A stretch of 63,990 bases of DNA, the filler included, from Olpidium bornovanus S191 (Eukaryota; Fungi; Olpidiomycota): NCBI GenBank assembly GCA_017911155.1. It is 31 parts of 31 records of this genome, joined end to end, with 100 filler letters (N's around TTAATTAATTAA, not from the genome) between each part and the next. Parts side by side here need not be neighbours in the genome. Positions count along the whole stretch, not along the records: positions 10,517 to 11,517 come from JAEFCI010012056.1; positions 11,618 to 14,290 come from JAEFCI010004801.1; positions 14,391 to 15,458 come from JAEFCI010008798.1; positions 15,559 to 16,783 come from JAEFCI010003501.1; positions 16,884 to 19,632 come from JAEFCI010007367.1; positions 19,733 to 23,283 come from JAEFCI010003456.1; 25 more parts are not named here. One strand, 5' to 3'. Below, one piece after another: positions 11,085 through 23,383 of this stretch. The position numbers and the translations under genes are program-made. Positions within the stretch are counted from its first letter, which is position 1. Every line of letters starts with the position of its first letter. Below the pieces are notes generated by a model. That model was not told the DNA's origin. It did no database searches and saw only the letters and a list, made by a program, of their open reading frames with translations.

Positions 11085-11330
11085 CTTCGATTTGATTTTC
11101 CCTTTTTACTTTGATTTTATTCTGTTTTGATTTCGATTGTACTTTGGTCGATTTCGATTTGTAAACTTTGTTTGCTTCTATTTTGATTTATTCCGTTTTG
11201 ATTTCGACTTTATTTAGTTTCGATTTCGATTGTACTTTATTTGATTCGGTTATATTTTATTCCAGTTCGATTCTGTAGCCTTTGATTTGAGTCTGCCCCC
11301 TTCGAATCGCCCATCTATTGCTTCTCGATT
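11085..11330. repeat. Low-complexity TTCGATT/TTTGATT-rich degenerate repeat
   Basis: Many TTCGATTT and TTTTGATT motifs; includes a duplicated GATTTCGATTGTACTTT. Confidence 0.7.
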
Positions 11331-11770
11331 TCGATTTACGCGTAGCGATAATTTACGCGTTCGACGGCCGTACGCAGATAGATTTTCTTTCCCCCCCGAG
11401 CTCGAACGCACCAAACGAACGAACCGAACGTAGAATCGAACGCAATAAAAGCAACGAACTCGCGATCTTCTCAAAGGAAACTCGGGCCATCGAGTGCTCG
11501 TTTTCCGCACCTCACCGNNNNNNNNNNNNNNNNNNNNNNNNNNNNNNNNNNNNNNNNNNNNTTAATTAATTAANNNNNNNNNNNNNNNNNNNNNNNNNNN
11601 NNNNNNNNNNNNNNNNNAAAAAAAAACAAAAAAAAACAAAAAAAAACAAAAAAAACAAAAAAAACAAAAAAAAACAAAAATAAAACAAATAAAACAAAAA
11701 TAAAACAAAAATAAAACAAAAAAACAAAAATAAAACAAAAAAACAATTTAAAAAAACAAAAACCACGCAC

Positions 11771-14011
11771 CTCGGAGTGGAACGAATTCCTCAGCTCTTT
11801 ATTTGGCAGCACAATGCAGTTCCGGATGACGACCTCGTCGGCGACCACGACGTCCTTGGCGAGGATCGTAATGCTCTCGATCTTCTTCCCGTTTTGCGTG
11901 ACGGCCGTGTTGTACATGGAAGGAGGCGAGCCTTCCACACGAGCCCAGCAGCCGATCCTCGAGTTCCAGCCGATCACCGAGTACACGATAAGCGAGTTTG
12001 GCTAACGGAAGTGGTTTGTACCGGGAACAGTCCGAAGGGGAAACCAGCGTTTCGACACGAAGTTACAACGTCACGCCTCACACCCGATGTACAACACCAT
12101 GCGCGATACCTTCACTTCAACGTTATCCAGAACGATCGCTTCCCGGATACGCACGCCGCGGCCAATGACGCAGCGTGGCCCGATGGAAACGTTTGGACCG
12201 AGCTAAGGCGCGCCACGTTGCATAGGTAGAACGCACACGGGGCGCGCACGGCAGGAGCAGGTAGCGCAGCAAACAATATACCAGGATCAAAAATCGTTAG
12301 TCTGATATGTAAACTCCGCTGGTAGAGAAAGGCGCGGGCGGGCTTTTTGTTGATGCGCAGCTGACATATCCCCTCACCTTCGCCGTTGGGTCAACTTTCG
12401 CCGTGGGATGGATCCAGACGGCTCCCTCAATTTGGAGCCCGTTGACATTAGGCTTGGCCAGTACGTCAGGGTTGGTCTTTTGGTATTGCTGGAGGTACAG
12501 AGAATTGGCGGGGATGGCCGAACTAAGTCGCATTTGAACGTCGTCAGCGCGCCGGGGAAGAATTAAAATACGGGTGGGGGGGGGGCGACCACTACCCGAC
12601 AACGGGCAATAGCAACGAACCCAGCCGTCTTGATCTGCCGCCAAAAGTCCTTTGTCTCGAAAACAAACAGCTTTCCATCAGCGGCCAGCGGTCGAAGTAG
12701 ATCCTGCTCCAGCTTGACTGTCTGGACAGACCCGCTATCCAGCGCCGGGAGGCTGGCGGGCGATCCCGAGAACGTGTTGTGATCGTGGTGGTCGGCCGAA
12801 CCGTGCACGCTGTCCTCCTCCGTTTTCTGCTCTAGCGCTTTCTTGATCGCGGAAAATACCTTTTCTGTGGAGAAAAGGTACACTCCGCACGAGATCAGGT
12901 CGGAAATAAACGTCTCTGGTTTCTCTGCATAGTGCATGATCTCGCCGTTGGTCGTGCCGGGTTTCACCACCAAACATCCGTATCTGTGGGCCATGTCTCT
13001 GGGAACCTGCCCGCCAGGAACGTGCGGGGTGACGGTAGTGCACGTTTTAGAGACCGTCCGCGAGAAGCACGTATTGGGCATCCGCGTCCGAGAAACCGTG
13101 AGACAGGATATCAAAGGAAGGCCGCGGACTCCAATGTACCATGGTATTTCCGTTTGGCGCACCTTGGTTCCAAGGATCGAACAAAGTCCCTGGTGCGTTT
13201 TATGGAACTCGAGCATCGGCACCAACGGAAAGCTCGAGCACACGTCCGCGTGCAAGACGTAAAAATGCGACGGATGCCCGCGGAGAATCTCGTCTCGGAA
13301 ATGGTAAAGACCGCCGGCGGTTCCTAGGGCTTGAAACTCGCGCAGGTATCTGGCCCGGGGCGCAGCGCGCGAGGAAATGCGCGCGTCACCTCACCGACCC
13401 GCGCGCCGACTGTTCTTAGACCGAACCTGGTCGGGGAAGCTTTCTTTCCACCTACCGGACAGGCACTCCAAATTCGCTGTTCACGGACTCGACAAAACCG
13501 GCGAAGACCGAGTCCTCGAAGAAACCGATGATCAGTATCTCGACGAGGTGGGGGACGCGCGACAGCGCGGCTATGTGGTGATACACGACGGGGTGTCCGG
13601 CGACAGGGAAGAGCGGCTTCGGCACGTTCAGCGAGAGCGGACGGAACCGCGTTCCGCGGGAAGGTCCGCCTTTGCCAGACAACGGGTCGCCGTGTCCGCC
13701 GAACCGTCGCGCCCCGAGGAACAAGAATCGTGAGGCGAAGAAAAAGAAAAAAAAAAAAAAAAGAAAAGAAGCGTCAACCGGCGCGGTCCGCGAAAGGAAC
13801 GGGGGATGCGAGCGCGGCGTTTTCCGTTCCGTTAGGCTCGACCCCGTTCCGGCAACTCGGCCAGGAACGACTCTGACCGTCCAGATCGTCGACCGCAAAA
13901 CGAAGGCTTCCCCCCCCCCCCCCCCCCTTTCGACCGCTCGCGTTCCCGTTCGGCGGCCGGGGTGTGGTTGGGAGGGCACGTACCCACGAGGACGACCGCT
14001 TTGAGCACCAT
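11771..14011 (-). CDS. GMPPA: Mannose-1-phosphate guanylyltransferase alpha (regulatory) subunit; multi-exon, last few codons missing
   Basis: MVLKAVVLVG/GPSRGTRFRPLSLNVPKPLFPVAGHPVVYHHI, LGTAGGLYHFRDEIL, HADVCSSFPL, FWRQIKTAG and a hexapeptide beta-helix ending CIVLPNKELRNSFHSE. These are GMPPA-type rather than GMPPB-type signatures. Confidence 0.92.
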
Positions 14012-14390
14012 GTCTCGCCACGCCGCCGGCTCGTGTTTTTTTTTTTTTTTTAAAAAGAGGGGGGGGGGGGCGGAAGGGATTTGGGCGGGCGCGAAGTTTC
14101 CACGTCCCGACGCGCGCCGTCTGTGCGGGCCGGGCGAGCGCTCGTATCCCGCCCGGGGAGGCTGGGTGGAGTGTGGGGGGTTGTTGGGCCGGCGTGGTGC
14201 GGGGGAAGGAGGGAGCGGGAGGGGGGGGGGGGAAAGGGGGGGGCGGGCGTGTATCCTCCCCCCGCCGCGCGCCAGGCCAGGAAAACAGGCNNNNNNNNNN
14301 NNNNNNNNNNNNNNNNNNNNNNNNNNNNNNNNNNTTAATTAATTAANNNNNNNNNNNNNNNNNNNNNNNNNNNNNNNNNNNNNNNNNNNN

Positions 14391-14521
14391 TCATAACCTG
14401 TCGGTTATGGGGAGTTTTGGAGTGCGTACGGAGACGCGTCATATTCAGAGAGTAAAATTACATAAAGGGGAAACAAAACGGGAACAAAACATTTAGGGGT
14501 TCCGATCAGTGTGATCCAACA
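14391..14521 (-). mobile_element. Copia family A 5' LTR (14521-14399, 123 bp) plus PBS
   Basis: Minus strand reads TGTTGGATCACACTGATCGGAACCCC...CCGACA then GGTTATGA at the contig edge. Homologous to 29339-29442 and 45701-45811. Confidence 0.85.
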
Positions 14522-14696
14522 GCTGCAACGGTCTACCGCCGCAACCACGGCACTCTCGCGCGTCTTCGACAAACGCTCACGTCGGCCACCCACCGCGTTT
14601 GCGTCGAGCCTACCGCTCCGGCCGCCGCCATCGACCGTCCCGCCCAGGGCCTGGAGGCCAGCGTCCACGCCCCGCCTGTGGCCGCACGCCGTCGTC

Positions 14697-15020
14697 ATGC
14701 CCGCTCTCCGTCAACTCCTGCGCGCCCAAGTTGAAGCTCTCGCGCAGGGACCGCAAGAACCGATGCAGGCGTATGTCACCAAGGGCCAAGCCCTTGTGAA
14801 CGAGTACATCGACGACCGCGAGTTTGATCTCAAAAACCACTCCGACCGACGTCGATACGACCGATGGACGCGTGAATCGCTGATCCCGGCATTCTTCCAG
14901 GGTCTCGCGTCGTCATTCCACGACATGCGCCGTGACCGCTCGCGCACGCCTGAAGGAGCGTATGCTTCGAAGGGCGGTGGACATCGGTCCATATTACGGA
15001 CAACCGGCGAATTACGCTGA
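14697..15020 (+). pseudogene. Possible gag-like fragment between two LTR copies
   Basis: LRQLLRAQVEALAQGPQEPMQAYVTKGQALVNEY loosely resembles retroelement gag. Weak similarity only. Confidence 0.3.
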
Positions 15021-15091
15021 TGTCGCTCGATGCCCGGCAGCTCCTCGACCGCCCGTGCCGCAGCCCACGCAAGCGCCGCAGCCCTCGCAAG

Positions 15092-15458
15092 TGTTAAGTT
15101 ATGTGTTTTCGCCACTGGGGGCGTTGTATTGTACAGGGGATTTTACGTGTTATAAGGACTAAAACATTAAGGGGTTCCGACTAACCGTCGGGGACCTAAA
15201 CGAGAAGGAAGAAATGAAAAGGAGAAATTCCAACACTCCTCCTCGCATGGAAAACTGGGAGAAAATAAAACGGAGATTTACATAGGCGGAAGAAAGGAGA
15301 AAAATCAGATTGATGTAACAGGAAGTACGCCAAGGGATTGTCGATGCCCGAGAAAAGCTGGGCGGGGCAGTCCCTTGGTGAATATATCTGCAACATTCTC
15401 AGCTGTTGACACAGGAGCAATCTCAAGGTGTCGTGAATGGACTTGTTCTCGGACGAAA
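15092..15458 (-). mobile_element. Copia family A 3' end: RNase H C-terminus and degenerate 3' LTR (about 15197-15092)
   Basis: Minus frame FVREQVHSRHLEIAPVSTAENVADIFTKGLPRPAFLGHRQSLGV* is a classic copia RNase H end. The LTR aligns with 45701-45811, but its 5' end and PPT are decayed. Confidence 0.85.
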
Positions 15459-15558
15459 NNNNNNNNNNNNNNNNNNNNNNNNNNNNNNNNNNNNNNNNNN
15501 NNTTAATTAATTAANNNNNNNNNNNNNNNNNNNNNNNNNNNNNNNNNNNNNNNNNNNN

Positions 15559-15690
15559 GCCGACCCGGTCGATTCGGAGCCGCGGCGAGTGGTCTGCCGT
15601 CCGGAGGACCGTGCGCAGATTCTTGAGGCGGCGCACGAGCACCTGGGGGCGGGTCACTTTGCCTTGGAACGAACGCAAAAAAAGGTGGCG
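15559..15690 (+). mobile_element. Ty3/gypsy integrase zinc-binding (HHCC) N-terminal fragment
   Basis: RRVVCRPEDRAQILEAAHEHLGAGHFALERTQKKVA matches the IL..AH....GH.G...T pattern, then is truncated. Confidence 0.7.
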
Positions 15691-16180
15691 TTATTGCATA
15701 ACTGAGACCAAGGAAGGCAGGTTTTCACGGCGGCGCAGGGCCTCTTATTCGTGGGACAGTTTATGTTAAGAGTGAGCGAGAGAGAGAGAGAAAGAAGAGT
15801 CGGTTGCCTGTCGTGTGGGTTCGCACGCGTTCTTTTAGGGGAGGAAGAAGAGGCCTACGCGTAGTACAGAATTGCACTGCGGCAACCAGCTTTTCTACTT
15901 TTCCGCAGTAGTTGGAATTCTATGCTTGGTTTCTGGAATTTAATATGCGGTTTTTGGTTTCCTCACAATTTCTCCCGTTCTCCCCTCGTACCCTTCGTTT
16001 TCCTTCACTACAGCCGCCCCCCCGTGACTGATGAGCTTGTCTCTGAAGTCACGGTCTTCCACGTGACTGACAGCTTATTTGGTTTTTAACGAGTCGGATT
16101 TGGCTCCACCAACGCCACTCGCCCCGCACCATTACTCCGCACTTCAGTCTCCGCCGCGTCCACCCGTTCACCTAGCCGCA

Positions 16181-16783
16181 ATGTCGTCCTCTGCGTCTGC
16201 TGCCCCTGTGTCCACCTCGTCCGCCTTCACCGAGAGGCGTCTCGACGCTGCCACCCGTTGGATATACACGGCCTTCTGGGCGCATCGGTTGCGAGACTCC
16301 CGGAGTTTGCTCGCGGCCGCGTGCGTTCCCGATCGGCCGACGCCAGAACGTCAATGCACTCTGCGCGGGCGGATGATCCGTTTTATCCATTACGTGTGGA
16401 GGTTTCGCGCCGTCCACGAGGACGGAAGTACCGAAGCCTGCGTCGCCCTCCTCCAGTCAGTTTTGGTCCCTCCTTCGTACTGTAACACCACTTTGTTAGA
16501 TAACCTCTTCCACGTCTACTTGCAGACTTCGCCGATCGATGATTGACGCCTTCCTCCAGATCATGAATTTCCCAGCCTCCTTTTGGCTTCCCGCAGATCC
16601 TCGCGATCTGGAATTCCTGTTCTTGCCGTCAGACACGCAGTATTGTGGCCCTGGCGGCCTCGAAGATCGCGACTACGATCCGCGCCTCGCTCCTGTCGCT
16701 GATGACAGTTATATTCAGGTTCGCGTCCTCATGCACCCGGTCTCTCCGCCGCAGCCAGACGCCGAGCTTGCAGACGATGCCCC
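16181..16783 (+). pseudogene. Intronless frameshifted ORF, possibly of retroelement origin
   Basis: ORF MSSSASAAPVSTSSAFTERRLDAATRW... overlaps a second frame near 16540 and lies next to the integrase fragment. No family recognised. Confidence 0.25.
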
Positions 16784-18272
16784 NNNNNNNNNNNNNNNNN
16801 NNNNNNNNNNNNNNNNNNNNNNNNNNNTTAATTAATTAANNNNNNNNNNNNNNNNNNNNNNNNNNNNNNNNNNNNNNNNNNNNACCATGCCAGACGCACC
16901 TCGCTCAGCTCAAACCTGGGCCTTTTGGGCGGACGACCGCCGGAAAGCATCTATAATTCGTTATTTAGCGATACGTTAAGAATTTCCTGCTGCCCTGCGG
17001 CTGCAAAAAATATCAACAAAATGCGCGGAAAGCAAATAGGGTTTGGCCTTACGCGTATTCCTTCCTGACCGCTTCGGTCCTGTTCCAAAGAGGTGTGCTT
17101 CCCAGCGAAAATATCAACAATAAGCCCACGGGCAGAAAGCAAACAGGATTTGTTCTTACGCGATGCACACAACGACTGAGGGCACCATTCGCGTCGGCTA
17201 CGAGCTGTGGATCCTTCGAAGTGGCAATTACGGGCCCGTAAACTGTTTTTGAATTCTCTGAACGTGATTTTCGGAAACTCCTCCAGCGTTTTATCGTAAA
17301 TTGCACTTGACGGGTAGAAGGCAAGTATTTGTTCCATCTTTTCCACGGTATTAATCCCCGGCCGTTTGGTTCGACGGGCTCCGCGGGCGCCGTTCCGCCG
17401 CCGTGTGCTCCGCCGGGCTCGTTGGGTTTGGTCGCCAGTTTGTGGACGTTTGCTTTGGCGGGCTACGCGCGGGCCGAATGAGTTGGCAAAAGTTGGCGTA
17501 TTTATGTCTCTTTTCCGGCGAGCGCGTACGTCCGCACCGTGGTGGCGAATTCCTCGCACAACAATTCTTCAGCAAGCCCTTCCCAGTGGTACCACCGCAT
17601 CTTTTAGTCTGCCAGTTCGGGAAAAATCGTAGCAGCGCGACCGCGCAAAACCTATGTGGCGTCTTTGCGCTGAAGATGATAAGCCGTTCCCAACCCTGTT
17701 GAATTTGCCTATATGAAAGCTGGCCACATTTCGCAATGTCTGCGTAGTATGATTTATATATAGTCAGCCGTATGAGGCATTGCTAAACAGCGCGCCTGCA
17801 ACCTTGCCTTTCCAATAAATCCAGTGGAGTATCCTACGTTGCCACTTCGGCTTTTACGGTTGATTCTCATTGTTTTAAGAATAAAATATCTCACATCGCG
17901 TTCAGACAGCAACAACAAGGCCACGTTTTGTGACCCGGACGAGTCGCGGAGATAACGCCCGTGCGAACCATCCGCAGCTCCTGCGAACAAACGCGCTGAA
18001 AGGGCCGTTCTAAGTGCTCTGGGGGCGGGCCCCGACGTAAGGTGCCCACCCCGTGCTTATCGACTTCTCTGGCACGGAATTATGACGACCGGTGTTACCG
18101 AGACGGGGACGGCTTCTTATATACAGAGATGACCATGGGAATGAAAACAGAGGCGGCAACAAGCGTGTTTTGCCCGCTCCGCGGGTATTTTTGGCTTGGG
18201 TTCAACCGCCTGTCAGACACGGGGGGGAGGGGGGGTCAAGTCGCGTTGTCGCGGGGCCGGCCAGCGGGGTCG

Positions 18273-19220
18273 TTACTCGGATACGCCAGGGATCCGGAGG
18301 TCAGACCTCCGCGGGGCGATGAGCGGGTTCAACTGCGCGAGGTAAGTGATTGCCCACCTGCGAAGGGCGGCAGGGACAAAAGAAAACGAGCGACAAGAAG
18401 CGGTCTCAGGCGGAGGGGTGGGAAGCGCGGGCCCGGCAGAGGACACAAAATCCGGCGTGCGGTCCGACGGGCCGAGGGTCCGCTCCTTTGTGTAGAACGC
18501 ACCGCCCGCCTTTGTGCTTCAGCGGGCCTCACCGATGGCGTTTCGCTTTCTGAAAAAGCGTACTCAGGCCCCCCCCCGGGGGGACCCCCCCCCCCCCCCC
18601 TTCCCCTCCGGTCTCCCGCAGCGCAGCTCTGCCTTTTCTTCCCCCGAGCAGCCTGCGACCAGCGGCGGTTCCTCCAAACAAACCTCGTTCGGTCCTCGCG
18701 ACATATGCGTCCGCTGAAAAAATAAAAAACCTTCCCGCCGGACAAGGACAAAAAAACATCCCCCGGTATAATTGAAGCGACGGGTCCGCTGTGGATCGCC
18801 GCTCCCGACACGGACTCACATCATGTAGCAGCAAACCAGAGTCAAGACGATGCTCGTCCGGTAGAGGCTAAGAATGTCGCCAAAAAAAGAAACGAGGGGC
18901 GAGAGGTTTTCAGGCGAGGTGGAACACGCCGCTCACCCCCGGAGACGGGGAGGACGCCCGCGAAGAAGAAGGGCGGGTGGGGGGGGAAGTCGGGGGAGGG
19001 GCGGGAGGGCGCAGTAAAAGGGACGCTTGACTACGGCGGCGGAATATGGGGCCGGGCAAAGCTCGACCCCCCGGACGGGGATTGCGCGGGGGAAGGGGGG
19101 GGGTGACGAGACGCAAAAGACTCACGTCTGGTCCTTGCCTCTCGGGACCACGAAGTAGCTTCCCACGCAGAGCACGGCGATGGCGATCGCCACCCACACG
19201 ACGGGGAGTGCCGACGGCAT
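18273..19220 (-). CDS. VMA9: V-ATPase V0 subunit e, complete, 3 exons, 75 aa
   Basis: Exons 19220-19126, 18867-18820 and 18357-18273 (GT-AG, in phase) give MPSALPVVWVAIAIAVLCVGSYFVVPRGKDQTLYRTSIVLTLVCCYMMWAITYLAQLNPLIAPRRSDLRIPGVSE*, with the fungal-type LxxPRRSDLR end. Confidence 0.95.
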
Positions 19221-19364
19221 GTTTTCTCTTTCTTTGCCAGGAGCGGGGTGGGGGTGGGGAGGGGGCGTGGCGCGGGCGGGTGTGCCGGCGGGGCCGGCGT
19301 TTCCAAGGCACACGAAACAGGGAACGGCGCAGCCGGAAAAACAAAAAAAAAAAAAAAAAAAAAC

Positions 19365-19632
19365 TGTTGTAATATGCGGGACTAAAATGTCGCGCCGGTT
19401 GCTATTTCGTTGTGATTACAGGTCCACATGTACCTTGGCCTAGTGGACACTCCGGTAGACCACGTGGACTACAACACTCCCCCTTGGCCAGTAAGCCTGC
19501 AGGGCATGTTGACATGTCGTTGTCTTCTTATTCCAGGATAGCTCCCTCCTTGACACTGCCCGCCTCGTTAAAACTTTCACCGGGTAAAAAACCCTGTGGG
19601 AAAAACCCAGTGCGAGGAAAGAGTACGGGTCC
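19365..19632 (-). mobile_element. Copia family B 3' end: PPT and 112-bp LTR (19476-19365)
   Basis: LTR is bounded by 7-bp inverted termini TGTTGTA...TACAACA. PPT AAGGGGGAG (about 19485-19477) lies immediately upstream. The 3' UTR carries TTTTAACGAGGC, a motif seen in some copia lineages. Confidence 0.8.
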
Positions 19633-19732
19633 NNNNNNNNNNNNNNNNNNNNNNNNNNNNNNNNNNNNNNNNNNNNTTAATTAATTAANNNNNNNNNNNN
19701 NNNNNNNNNNNNNNNNNNNNNNNNNNNNNNNN

Positions 19733-22151
19733 GAGCTGTCGGATGAAGGCAAGCTGATAATGGCAAGGAGACCAACTTGTGCGTTCACGGCACTCATACG
19801 GTGAAGAGCGACGTGCGCAGCGACGACAGCCGGAACTACAGGGCAACGTCATGATAGCCACCACCTCGCCAAAAAGATTTGCGACGACTCCGTCGCCTGC
19901 AGCGGCAGCAGGCAACTCTGGAAAAACCCGCGCATTAACTTTGTGCGACGAAGTGAGGAACGGCGCGTCTACAGGTTTAGTCGTACTCACGGTCGATTTC
20001 CTCGTGAACAAGGACCGCGTTCTCGTTGTAGTACACTTCATCAGCGTCCTCCGAGTCGCTGATATTGCCATCCTCGCGGTTGGGATTTTCTTTCCGTTCC
20101 TTCTTCGTGCCCCCCATCTTCACAGGGAAGTTCTCCTTCGGAAAGTATTTGGCAGCCGTCTGCTCGTCGATAAGGCGTACGGCGACTGTGTCGCCGTCGA
20201 AGGCGCGGTTGCGAAGGCGGCTGCCAGGAATGTAGACATCCGCGTCGAAGCCGTCAACGGTGACGTAGGCGTCCGTGGGGCGTTTACGATTTATGCGGAG
20301 TGTACCAACGCAGTACTCCTTCTCCGATCCCCGCGTCTCGATAATCCGTTGCATCTCCGAGACGGGGGTGTGCTCGGTGAAGATTACCGCCCGCGACGGC
20401 TTGGGTGGCAACTGTGAGCCGGCCGGCACCTGTAACTCCGGCTTGGCCGGGAGAGCTAACCTGGCGGCGGGGCCATTTTGCAGCGCGCTGCAGGCGCCGT
20501 TTTGCTGGGCCGTGCGGGGACCATTCTGCTGGGCCTTGCGGGGACCATTCTGCTGGGTCGTGCGGGAACCATTCTGCTGGGCCGTGCGGGAACCATTCTG
20601 CTGGGCCGTGCGGGGACCATTCTGCTGGGCCGTGCGGGGACCGTTTTGCTGGGTCGAGCGGGGCTCCTTTTGCTGGGCGGGGGCGGTGCGGGGGCCACTT
20701 GGCGGGGGGTCGCGCGGACCATTTGACGGCGCGGTACGTGGCCCGTTTGGCAGAGACGAGCGGTGTCTATTCGGCTGCGCGGAACGACGTCCATTCAGCG
20801 GAGCGGTGTGGGGTCCATTTGGCGCCCCACAGGGGCCATTAGGCGGTGTGGTGCGGTTTGAAGCGCCGTCAACTGGGCGGATGGCGGAAGCTGGGCGATC
20901 TGGGTGATACGCGGGGCGATTTTCGTCCGGGTTGGTTGCCTGCATGCAGGCCGGTTGAGGCCCGGCAAGAGATGCTGGAGTCGGACGGGACGCAGGCAAT
21001 CTTTGTCCCGGCCACATAGGCCATTGGTATGGGGCGCGACGAGAATCCTCGTCACGCAATTGTTTTCCAGTTTGCTGCTTCAAGGGAACCTTTTGAAGCG
21101 GTTGAGAAGTCGACTTGAAGCCAGTTTGCGGGGTAGACGGGTTTGCGCAAGGAAGGTCGTGCAGTGTAGGTTCGTGCTCATAATCCCTGGTCGACAGTTG
21201 CTGATCCGTATGAGGCAGAGATTGTTGACTACTACGAGTGTTGAAGTGTTGGCCGCCGCGCTTCCCATGACGTGCACGCTCGTTGTGCGCGCTATAGTCA
21301 TAGGGCATTTTGGTGTAATCTACCATTTCGTGCGTGGTCGTGCCACGTCTTCGAGAGTCGTGCATATCCCCGCGCCGACGCGAGTGAGGACCCAACCCGG
21401 CGCGAGCTTGCTCACACCGTCGGCTACCGAGTCCGACAGTGGCGCTAACGCCGCCATCGCCGAAATGGCGGGCTTCATGGTACTCCGGCAAACAGGGGCT
21501 CCCGTCAGGCCGAGCGTCTGGAGGCCTGTTGCCAGATCTGCTGCCTGCCGTCGCCGGAGCACGGCGTTCCGAACCGGCTGTTGAGGGCTCTGCGGCAGGA
21601 TCAGCAGCGTGTACGGGTTTCGGCGCCGGGCGACCTGTGTCGATCACTAGTTTCCTTAAGATCTGGGTGGCGCCCGCGATTGTACCGGAATTCTCAACAG
21701 CTTCAGGCGGTGTCTTCGCCAACGATGCCCGAGGATTGCCGGAACGCCGCCTTCTGCGAGCTCGTCTTGGAAGCTCTTTGATATCCCCGGCGACGTTCTG
21801 CTGCATCGGGCCAATCGTGCTCTGTCTGAGGGGGAGCGGTCCACCAGTTCGGCCGCCGCTGCCAGAAGCGACGCGGCCATCGGCTTGGTGCTCGGACCAG
21901 GCGTGGCCCCCGCCGCGGCCACCGCGCGGCGGTTGGTGGACTGGACGTTCTTTGCCGGGCCTGGCCGTCGCATTGCCACCGTCCGACCCGCGGAGGCCTC
22001 GCGCGCTCAGCTGCGGCCCAGCATCAACCGCCTCGAATTCGAACTCCTCGGCAGGTTCCGCCGACGACCGCGGGTAGTCTGACGGGAAATGTGGTGTTAC
22101 TGGGAAGGCCGCCGCCCGCGGCTCCCACGCGTCCTTGCGGGGGCGTCCCAT
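19733..22151 (-). CDS. DIS3L2/Ssd1-like RNB-family protein, N-terminal part with long low-complexity region and cold-shock domain (partial)
   Basis: CVGTLRINRKRPTDAYVTVDGFDADVYIPGSRLRNRAFDGDTVAVRL is the Dis3-family CSD1. Probable start MGRPRK at 22151, intron 19990-19918. The RNB domain is not on the contig. Confidence 0.82.
20496..20680 (-). repeat. Coding 24-nt tandem repeat encoding (QQNGPRTA)n
   Basis: About 7 near-perfect TTCTGCTGGGCCGTGCGGGGACCA units, preceded in the protein by degenerate PNGPRTA units. Confidence 0.9.
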
Positions 22152-23383
22152 TTCTTTCCTTTCGTTCGTTCTTCGCCGCGCGACCTGGGTGCTGCTTGAC
22201 GTAACGAGTCTGTCCGCTCCCGCGCAAGAGGAAAAAAAAAAAAAAAAAAAGGGCGCCTTAAGCAGTCCGAGGTTGCCTGCCTGCAGGTGCGGGGGTGAAC
22301 TCGCGCAACAGACGCAGCCACCCCGCACACACACATCCCACACACCCCACACACACCCCCGCCGCTCATGCTCGTCCCCGCGGTATGTCCGCTCCCGGTA
22401 TCCCAGTGGTTAGAGCCCCGGGCCAGGCTCAGGAAGGTTGCCACATTGTTAAACTCTATCAGCCGGGAATCAATGCCACCGGGAGGTGTTGTGTGAAATA
22501 CGTCTGCGGAGCCGCAATTTTTACGCACATTTACTGTGACCAACGCTTGTTGTGTGGCGCCGCTCGGAGTTGTTTGCTCAGAACCGAGACCAAGGCTTCA
22601 TTGGCGTCAGGCCTGTGTAATGCAGCCTCCATTTTGCGAGCGTTGGTGTCATCGGCCTTTTTTTTCACCGTGCATAATATCGCCTTAAGAGCTTCCGCAT
22701 TCCGCGGAAAGCGTAGTAATCTTCGTATCAATCTAACGCCGGGTTTGTTAACCAAAGGAATTGCCTACAGCCGCAAAAATCAGCAGCATGTCTAGGTCAT
22801 CAGCACTTCTCACCCGCCCACGACTGGCAAGACTCGGTTATTCGTGTTTACTCTAGTTAAGAATTTTTGTTGAGCCGCTGAATTCAAAGCAAGTCGTTTG
22901 CCATTAAGACCGTAATGGGACCGGCGATACATCTCCAAAACCTTTGATTCATTGTCATGTCCGGAGAACCTCGCCGACAATGTCGGGAGTGTTTGAATTC
23001 TGTAGAAATAAATCACGTCTTGGCGATGTGTTTTAGGCCAAAACAAAAGATTTGCGTTTTGGCTGCTCCTGGCCAAGCGGGAATGTTTCTGTTGCAGAGG
23101 ACGAATTAGCACGTGTAGAGACGCTGCTATTAAACTAACATTACAGGCAGAGAATCAACGACTCATGGGGAAACCCAGTGAAAATTAAGGAATGAGCAAG
23201 GCACCTGTTGGCCATTCAGCGGGTCATAAAGTGGTTCGTTATAGAGGGACATTTGACAGTAAGAATAACACTGAGTATCTTACNNNNNNNNNNNNNNNNN
23301 NNNNNNNNNNNNNNNNNNNNNNNNNNNTTAATTAATTAANNNNNNNNNNNNNNNNNNNNNNNNNNNNNNNNNNNNNNNNNNNN

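Noticed and set aside
16884-17990. ORFs on the left of the VMA9 contig (MEQILAFYPSSAIYDKTLEEFPK...)
   Set aside because: No recognisable motif or consistent splice model.
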